The position numbers and the translations under genes are program-made. The notes beneath the pieces were generated by a model, which was not told the origin of the DNA, did no database searches, and was given only the letters and a program-made list of their open reading frames with translations. Shown piece after piece: positions 54,799-64,000 of a stretch of 64,000 nucleotides of DNA. Origin of the DNA: Chrysomallon squamiferum. Lineage: Eukaryota > Animalia > Mollusca. The stretch covers positions 13,020,001-13,084,000 of the forward strand of contig CM022671.1 in NCBI GenBank assembly GCA_012295275.1. Direction: 5' to 3'. The first letter of the stretch is position 1. Each line of letters begins with the position of its first letter.

Positions 54799-56370
54799 AG
54801 GAATAAATAACAATGAAATGAAGAAATTCCAGACAAATAACATAAATATTAAATGTTGATAAAAGAGAAACAGAAGTTACTAGTCAGCAACCCTGATCAC
54901 TAATGGTATTTTAATATATATATATAGTTGTTTGATAAATGTGAACGGGCTCTAAAAACACATTGACATTGATATTTTACATGTCTCAGTCAGTTTAGAG
55001 AGATTTCTAACACACAGATGTTTAATTGCAAGTCCTAAAAAATGGGCTGCTTTGTCTGTTAATTGGCTGTCAAACCATTTAAACAAATGCAATGATTGGA
55101 TTTTTCCCTTGTTTACCCATTTTACAGTTCTTGTAATTATCTAGTTATCTGTTTAGAATAAACTAATTTTTCAATTTTTGTAGTGAAAATAAATAATGGC
55201 ATGAATGAGACTAATATTTTTATCTCCTGTCTGATAAATAGAATTTTTTTTTTTCTTAAATCTTTATTCATAAAATCATAATTTCATACAATTATACAAC
55301 ACTGAACATTACAGTTATATAAATTTAGTTAAGTATATTTAATAATTAAATTTCACGAGCTAAAACATATTAAATATAAAAATAATAATAAAAATAAAAA
55401 ATAGAAAAATTCTTTACACACATTACAATAACTATATCTTTGATTTCAGAAATTGTTACATACTTATTTGATGAGACATAATCCTTAATAAATAAATGTT
55501 CTTTATTTGATGAAGATGTGTTGTTTCTAAAGAGTATTTAACATTTCATTAAATATTCTGTCAAACAAAATAACACAATCTAATAATATGCATTTTACAA
55601 AACAAATATTTCTACGTTTGTAAATGGTGAGTTATAGAGGTGAAAAAAAAAAAAAAAAATAAAAAAATAAAAATAAAAATAAAAAAAATAATAATAATAC
55701 AAACACTTATTTTATAATTTGAATTAATATTTACCCATAGTTTTTCCGTATCAGCATTATATCCTGAATATTTCCAAAACTTTAAAGACGTAAGTTTTTC
55801 AAAATATTTGTTAACTAATATAGTGTAAATTTTTTTAGAAGTAAACATTGTAAAAATGCTTTTTTCTTTGATAGAGATATTTCATATTCCACTCCGCATG
55901 TGCCCGTTGCTGGGTAATTCGAGGACGCAAATCGCGAGATCTTGTCAAAATTGCCCTGCTTGCAAATTGGTGGACAAAAGCAACCTTTTGTAATGGGAGG
56001 CATGACCATCGTTCAGTTAATAACTGTTCCAATCGCAGAAGCCCGGGAAATGATCGAATCGAATCCCTGTCAAATGTTGTGTGTGTATTTTTTACGAAAT
56101 AGTCTTTTAATCTGGCGTTATCAAAACCCTCGGGTACGAGTCGCAGAGACTTTGTCCAAGTCGTTGCACTGCTTTTTAATTTGAACCATTCCGTTGTGAA
56201 TTTCAGCGGACCATTATCTAATTCGAAATATGTACATGTTAGCTGCCAAAGCTACGAATCTACTCATGTCGCCCATAACAACCTGTCACGCCCCTCAGTT
56301 TAACTAGTTTCAGTCTAGATTGTCAAGGGACGTTACTCTTCGCGCGTTTGCGCAATAGGATTGTGAAATA

Positions 56371-56707
56371 AGTGGTACCTTGACTTACGAGCTTTGTTCG
56401 TTCCGTGGCCGAGCTCGTAACTCAATTTGCTCGTATAGCAAATCAATTTTCCCAACTGAAATTTATTGAAATACCATTAGTCCGTTCCAGCCCCCCCCCA
56501 AAACCACCCCAAATTATTGTAACGTGTTTTTAAAAAATAAAAATGTATTTATAAATGACAAATATTGTATACAAATAAAATAAAAGAGAATGTAAAGAAA
56601 TAAATTGGTTTTGTAAAGTGTACAGGATTAGTGTTTCTCAATCTTTTCATGGACTGAGGCCCGCAGCTTAGAAATTATTTTAACGCCTTTCGCTGGAGTT
56701 ACAGCCT
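56371..56707. mobile_element. truncated Tigger-like MITE (same family as 42490-43209), nested in Tx1
   Basis: AGTGGTACCTTGACTTACGAG... is colinear with the first ~300 bp of the 42490 copy. Confidence 0.85.
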
Positions 56708-57201
56708 ATGTATATATAATCAAATATGACCATGTTTGTCATGTTTTCATAATAAAAACACTTTCTTCCTGTTGCATGTTACTATATCGTAAAAGAAAAT
56801 AAGTAAGTCTTTCCATATAGATTTACATTTTTGATCTAAAAGCTTGCCGTTTCAAGTCAATATTTTGGAAAAAAATAATCTCCTTTACTAGCTTTTCCAT
56901 TTATTGTGTTATATTCTATTTGAAATATTTTTCATCAAAAAAAAAAAAAAAAAAATAAAAAAAAAAAAAAAAAAAAAAAACAAACAAAAAAACCCCAACA
57001 ACAACAACAAAAAAAAAAAATAAAATAAAAAAATAAATAACAAGAAATAAACAACTAAAAACTAAAATTAAACTGTTTATTTTTACTTCTGCCCATTTTG
57101 GTATTACTTGTACATTTAAAACATATCAAATTCGTGATACTAAAAGTGTATTGATAACTGCAGACCTACCATGTAATGTTAATTTACGCATTTTCCACAT
57201 G

Positions 57202-57698
57202 CAGGTACCGGACCAATTATTCGGCGTCCTTAAATCCAGAAAGACCAGAAAACCGGAAGTTTACCCCCGACGCTATTTTCACAGTTCGCGCGCGCGGTGT
57301 TGTCCTCATCAGACCTGAACTACTCTTTCAATTCGCGTGGCGTTCTTTAACTCGCTGGATTTGTTAACGTGTCGAGTTGCCAAAGTTGTCTTTATGTTTA
57401 ATTGCAAGTCCTAAAAAATGGGCTGTCAAACCATTTAAACAAATGCAGTGATTGGATTTTTCCCTTGTTTACCCGTTTTACAGTTCTTGTAATTATCTAG
57501 TTATCTGTTTAGAATAAACTAATTTTTCAATTTTTGTAGTGAAAATAAAAATCGTCAATTTTCTTTATGTTTTTAATTTTAATTTGTTTATGCCTAATTA
57601 TTTACGTATTAAGATGCCTTGGTACCAGAAAACAAGAAAATCCAGAAATCCGGAATGCCTCAGGCCCCAAATAGTCCGGATAATTGGTCCGGTTCCTG
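57202..57698. mobile_element. Tc1/mariner-pogo-like MITE nested in Tx1 ORF2
   Basis: TIRs CAGGTACCGGACCAATTATTCGG / CCGGATAATTGGTCCGGTTCCTG|TA. Removing it restores the Tx1 reading ASILIMWKMRK. Confidence 0.85.
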
Positions 57699-58721
57699 TA
57701 ATCAAAATACTTGCTATTTTATTTAATTTCTCTTGCCACTTATAAATGTCACTCATTTCTCTGTTTGGCCGAGAAACACGCCTAGCACGTGCACAGGGTC
57801 GTGTTTAATCTGTACAAGAATAACCGCAAGAAGTTCCATTTCAGGTTGTTCTACATTCGGTATTAATAATTCTGATTTTTCTACGTTGACTTTTGCACCT
57901 GAACTGGGACAATATCGGGACATTATTTTGAAAATATTTACAACAGACTGTTCATCTTGTAATATTAAGTTTACATCATAAGCATGTTGGTAAATTAAAG
58001 CGGTAAGATCAGAATTTTTAAATTTTAATACCATTAATATTAGAATGCCTTAATAATATATTTAATGGTACACTATCTATCACATATAAAACAGCATAAT
58101 AATGGGCAGCCTTTTCTAACAGAACGTTCTGTTTTAAAGACTTTAGATAAATGACCATTACACTTAATTTTGATATAATTTTGTATAATATGTTTCTCCT
58201 ACGTCAAATTGTTTTTAAAATACTAAACAAAAATTCAAGTGACACTCTAACAAATGCTTTTTCAAAGTCAACATTCCGTAAATATAAAGGTATATTCTCA
58301 TATTCACTGTAATTTATAATGTCTTTTATTGCTGCAATATTTTCTGATATGTCTTTACTAGGTACAGAACATGTTTGTTTGATACAATTTTATTAACAGT
58401 TAATTTAATTCTTAAAGCTAAAACTGTAAAGCTAATTTTGTAATCTACATTAAGTAGACAATTTTTCTAAATCTTTTATCATCTTTTATAATGAAATAAC
58501 CTCTCTTCTTAGTTCTTGATAATTCACTTTTCTCTTCATTATTTTTAACAACTTTAAAATACAAGGGATCAATTTTTTCCCAGAAATGAAGATAAAAATC
58601 TACAGTTAATCCATTTAAATCAGGTGATTTATTTCCAGTGATTCTTTTTAATGAATCATATTCTTTAAGACTTGTATCCTTATCTTCTTCTATAATATGA
58701 TTTTTAATTAGATCTAATATA

Positions 58722-59108
58722 GGGTCATTCCATGTCAAATCATCCAATGGTTTAAACCCGAACATCTCAGATTTTTATGAAACTTGGTATCTTTGTTGAT
58801 TGGGATCCCACAGCACCAAATTTTAGGCCAATCAGACCAGTGGTGTGGGAGATATACCCCCCACCATTTTTTATTTTTGCCCAAAATGGGTGTGACCACC
58901 AATCTTAGAACCCTCATATCTCAGGAAGTACTGGGCCAATCTTCATAAAATTGGTATTGTTGAAAAGGTAATATGACAAGGATTCCAAATCTGCCATTAT
59001 TGTTCAGTTGGTGAATGTTGGTGTACAGTGAGCTTTTGACCTTTATGATCTTGAAATTGACCTTGTGGATCACATGACCTTGAGATGACCTTTCTTGAAA
59101 TTTAATCT
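58722..59108 (-). mobile_element. one-ended Sola2 fragment nested in Tx1
   Basis: GGGTCATTCCATGTCAAATC... is the reverse complement of 14944-15386 of the first Sola2 copy. Confidence 0.85.
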
Positions 59109-62100
59109 TTTCAAATACAGTAAAATATTACTATCACTAAAAGGATCTTCAGAAGCGTCCTTTAAAATTACATTGATTTTGCAATTGAGCTCCAAGGCTT
59201 TTAGTAATGAATTATAAACAATTCATACTTAAGGCACCCTTTCCACTTCAGACATATCAATTCTAATACAAACACAGCTGTGGTCACTGAAACTGGTATG
59301 TTTAATATAACAATTAATAACATTATGAATCATGATTCTATTACCAAAAATTTAATCAATTCTACTTTGCTTTTATCTAAATGATTGTTGTGCCAATATC
59401 AATTAAATTACACTGTTGACTAAATTCTCAAAATTTTTGTGAAGTGTGTTTGTTAAAATACATATTTTCTAATCTGTCTAAATTAAATTTCATTTTTTCA
59501 TTATAGTCACCTGATATGGTACTAAATTCATCTTGATGTATTTGTTGTTGAAGGCAATAAAAAAAATGGTTACCTTTCAGATGTATATAGTGTATATGCA
59601 CCAAACTATATTTATATTTTTATCATACAAAGTCATACATTATTTTTATACATCTTCCTGTTAGCTTATTATTCATTACTTCACTAGATATTACAATTAT
59701 TCTTTTGAAACCAAAATACCTTCTCCTCTGGAATTATTATCATTTGAATTATTGTAAAATACAACCCATCCCATATGTATTTGTTATGTTCTGTGAAATT
59801 GTATCCCAATGTGTTTCTTGTAAACAAGCAGTATCAACAATTAGTCTGTTAATAACAGAAAGATCTTAATTTCTTTTTAATCTATTAAACCATTAAAATT
59901 AAGTGGCAGAAGAAATAAAGACATGATAATAGTTACTGGAGATAGCACATTGGATTGACATTTATAAATTTTAATGCTTAAGACAATATTCCTCTATTTT
60001 CTAATCTTAGCTTTTTAACTTTTCATGTTTCTTTTTAGCATTTTCTACATTTGATTTGAACTTAATTTTTTTGTCCTTCTTATTCCTGTTTTAATTGCAC
60101 CTGAGTGTGCATTTTCATCATTCTGATTTATAACTATATCATTATCACTGTTTTCATTAACTTTGTTTATATTGGGAAAATTATTTTCTTCTGTTTTCTA
60201 TAAATGTTCTTCATCCATTGTATTATCCATTACTTCTGCTATTTGCTCTTCATCTTCTGTTTCCTGAACCAGAAAATCAGATTTCAAATTTTATTCACTG
60301 CTTTCTTTTGTTTCTTCATGTTCGTTCATACCTGATTCGAGTTCTTCACCAACCATTTCTATATTTACATCATACTCATTATTATTAATTCTTCAACTTT
60401 ACATGCACATTCATACAACTAATTTCTGCATGATAAACATTTTTCTTCTCTGCAATCAAATCTCAGGTGTTCCTTTAAATTGCAGTTTTCGCATATTATC
60501 CCTGAGCATTGTCTGATTAGATGGTCTGAACTATTACAGAAATTACATATATTTATTTGACCATCATGAATCACCTTTACATAAGTTGAATTGAATTTTG
60601 TAGAATAAGATAAAGATTTTTCTTATCTGGTAAATTTGACCATAAAATATCTTGTACCATCAGTAACTGTTGGTTTATCTTTCTGAAATGTTCTGTGTAT
60701 TGGTGACAGATTAGAATAACACATCCATAACTTTCAGTTTTTTTCTTTTATTTCTTCATCAGTAATGTAATAATGACATAACAGTTGATTATTTACTACT
60801 GGTTTCACATCAAAATCAACGTTTTCTACTGATATCCTAGTGCCAATAATCTCTAAACAATCTTCATCTGATAATGTTATTTCATAACAGTAATTTCCAT
60901 TTAGTATCAACACATAGCAGCAATTTTCTGCACAGCTTTTCAATTGCATCAATAATTAAATCGCAATCAATAGTAGCATCATTCTCACCTAAATGATTAA
61001 TTACCATGATACCTTAACCCAAATATATATCCAGTAATGAATATAATGAATACAGTGAGTTTAATAATACAATTCTGTGTATAAACTTTAAAATAAAATT
61101 TATATAATTGTAGGCTGTGCAAAATGATTTTTTGTTTGAAAACAGACATATTACTGAATTTTTTATGTTACCCAGGGTTTGAGGTGGGCTAGAACAATAT
61201 GGTGAAGTGCCTTCTTCCTCTAGACATATTAGAATGATTTGAGGAACATAAGGACAAAGTGAGACATAAACATCTATATAATATATGTATATATATATAT
61301 ATATGCATCAGTGTTCTCTTTCTAATAACATCTTTAACAAAGTATTTTATATGGATTCTTGCCTGAAGTGTTATTTAACAAAGGTTTTATTTTCTGATCT
61401 TTGTTTATGATTGCACTTGCAGCCTACTATCTCAACCTCAGACCTTGGACCTTACTTGTGTTGGTTTGTAAATTGTAATTTTTACTGAACATGTAAAATT
61501 GTGCAGTCATTTATAATGTCCATTTATAATGTCCAAGTTTACAAGAACTGTATTTATTATCAGTCTCTAATCACAGATTTTGTGCAGCTGTTCATGCAGA
61601 TGGTCACATGATCTGTCATGTGATGGGCAGCTGTTTCTCTAGTACTCAAAGTCTATAGTGTTTATTGTCATTAAAAAATTCCATTGAGCTGACTTCTCTG
61701 TTTAAAATTGCTGTAACAGGAAAAATCAGCAGCATTTTTTTGTTTGTGGTATATTTTTTCAGTGATTTGCTTTTGTAAAATTAACCATTATTGATATAGA
61801 ACAGTAATAAAATATTTAGTTTTCCTCAGTGATAAATAAATTATGATTTTATGGAAACAACCAGGGTCTGTTAGTGAATTGCAAAATTGGTCATTGAACA
61901 GAATGGAGACAAAAATATTATTAAAAAATGAAGGTGACTTAGAACCTCTACCATTGGTTAAAAGTACAAGAGGGCAATTATTTTGCCCATGTTGTGATGT
62001 GCTTCATAACAGCTTGCTCTGATTAGCACGTAATTTTTTTAAAGTTTCAAGCCCATGTTGCCCATTTTGTGATTCCTACTTACTTGTTACTGAATTCTAC

Positions 62101-64000
62101 ATATTACTAGTTAATAAATCTATATCTTACATGTGGTTATGTATTAAGATGTAATCTACATACATCTTTCTAGGTACATTTTCAAAATGTATTTATTATT
62201 TTTTAGAAATAAAACTTCTCAATGAATGTTTTCTTGGCAATAAGTTTCTTTAATATCAATTTCTACATTTCATGTAACAAGATACTCAAAAAGTCATAGA
62301 ATTTTGTTGAAATTGTAAAATTAATGGATGTGTCTCATGTTAATATTTGTGTAAAGGTTTGCCATACATGTTTGTGTTTGCCAATCTTTTTCAAATGTAT
62401 TTTCCATTACACATTTATCTTATCTGTGTGTAAATAACTAAAAATAAAAATCATGGTTTTGCAATCTTTAAGCTTCAGCTTTTCCTATAATTATGAATAA
62501 CAGATCCAGGGGATCAAACTTGACCCTAACGTTAGTCAGTTAGTTGGCTTTCTATTGTTTATAAAGACTGTTCTGACGAGTAGTCCATTTGACATTTCTG
62601 ATTATTGTGAAATGCTTAGTGAAGATACCCTTGGGATCATCCTCATCTTGAAGGTCTGGACAGAAGGAGAAAATATCTTATTGAAATTTATGTCACATGG
62701 GTTGAAAATGTTTGCCAAAAGGTAATTGATGGTTGATGGTAACAGAGTGAAGGAAATGATGGAAATACTGTGGTAAAGATGCATGAAGCTTGTAGTATCA
62801 TTTGACTGGATTACAAATGCGTGGTTCATGTTGTCATCATCTGTTATGTCAATTCATCAATATTAGGTATATTTCATTTTGAAATTATAACTGATCCTCA
62901 CAGAATTAGCTTTGTCATGATCACTGACATTTTGAATCATTTTACTTTAATAAGACACCAGTGGACATGCAATATAAATTTATTTCTGTGTTTTTTTAAA
63001 AATATTTTTGTTTTTTAAAAGTGCCTTTCTATCTGTGGTGGTAATTCTTTCTTCCCATGTGAGTCTGCTGGTGTCTTGAAAGGGGCCAAAATTAATTCAT
63101 CTTAAATCTGACCCACTGAAGATCAGTGGATCACAATTCTGAAATTACTCCCATTAATAATTGTTAATTATTTGTGTCCCTGAGTAAAAATATTCATCAA
63201 TGAGCAATAAATGTTTCAGGTTTACAATCTCTATATTGAGGTTTATGTCCACTGTGTCACTGTGCTGCAGTTTGCCTTCGAGGCACATTATGAATATAAT
63301 TATACTTTTAATAGTCACATTCGGGATAAATGTAGCCAAAATATGTGATATGATTAAATTTGAGCAACTCTTGTGATTTTCAGGTTAAGATTAATTAAAA
63401 ATTTACATTTATATTTAGACAATAGGGGGACTGGAAATTATTTTTCAAGGCCTCCAAGGAGAAATTGTTTTGATGAGAATTCATACGAAACCATGAGAAT
63501 TTGTAGAAATCTTGAGAAACACTAATTATCAAATGTGTTTTTCACTGCTATGGTTAACATACAATCTGTTTGCAGTAATAATCTGGTGACCATTATGTTT
63601 GAGAAATTTATATAATCCTTGGTTTAACTCTTAAGAGTGTTCTTCTAGAATTTTTTCTGAAAACAGTATAAGCTGAAGATCATTCTTTTTTGATTTAATA
63701 TTAATAATATAGTAACCATTCTTACATTATAATAATTATTTTACATTTTATGTAAAGATGCTGAATTAGAATACTTCCTGAAAACTTAAAAAATGCCATT
63801 GTTTATTTTAAAAATCCTTATAGTATTAAGTCATAATAGGGTAATTATAAAAATATTACAGTTATTATATTGATATAGCAAAAAGTGTGAAAAAGAATGG
63901 TGGAAGAATCAAAAAACCAATAGAAAATGTGTATGTATGCTTACACATTTGTACATCTGCAGGTGTGTGTACTAATAATTTAATTGAATTAATTGTTTAT

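Larger units (their letters stand above)
55244..61000 (-). mobile_element. Tx1/L1-clade non-LTR retrotransposon, near full length, decayed, with nested insertions
   Basis: ORF1 relic (~61000-60000) with DGTRYF...KVIHDGQ..CNFCNSSDH..C..CENCNLKEH..C zinc knuckles. ORF2 from ~59924: APE (CLQETHW), RT (KSPDLNGLTVDFY, QHAYD, SGAKVNVEKSE), then WKMRKLTLHGRSAVINTLLVS. AATAAA plus poly(A) at ~55244-55268 on the minus strand. Confidence 0.88.

Noticed and set aside
61150-61230. CORE-SINE-like fragment
   Set aside because: Only a faint AAGTGCCTT-type resemblance; too short and diverged to support.
1-64000. Most short ORFs in the supplied track
   Set aside because: Low-complexity I/F/L/K-rich translations typical of AT-rich noncoding DNA. 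Only those overlapping the PDZ exon or TE relics have recognisable motifs.

Overview
Very AT-rich, microsatellite-rich animal genomic DNA, probably a mollusc-like invertebrate (inferred from composition and TE repertoire only). It is not prokaryotic, and most listed ORFs are noise or TE fragments. The window is the inside of one large + strand gene. Two 111-nt phase-0 exons (17407-17517, 29488-29598) encode the first PDZ domain of a PDZRN3/PDZRN4 (LNX3/4; Drosophila Slip1)-like protein, and there is a candidate 6-nt microexon at 12922-12927. The RING-encoding 5' exon and the 3' exons are not seen and probably lie outside the window. The introns hold decayed transposons: Sola2, pogo/Tigger MITEs, a piggyBac-like MITE, FLYWCH-MULEs, a Harbinger MADF relic, an RTE-X-like LINE and a Tx1/L1 with nested insertions. 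The main unexplained signal is that the non-TE, CpG-depleted intron DNA appears tiled with nested, colinear, imperfect inverted repeats (0.2 to >5 kb fold-backs). Many of their mismatches read as G-U pairs on the sense strand. One keeps a perfect 46-bp stem although a heavily decayed LINE inserted later into one arm. Also seen: CpG-rich versus CpG-decayed domains shown by twin TE copies, and several templated-insertion or template-switch scars. All alignments were made by eye; no folding or database search was run.
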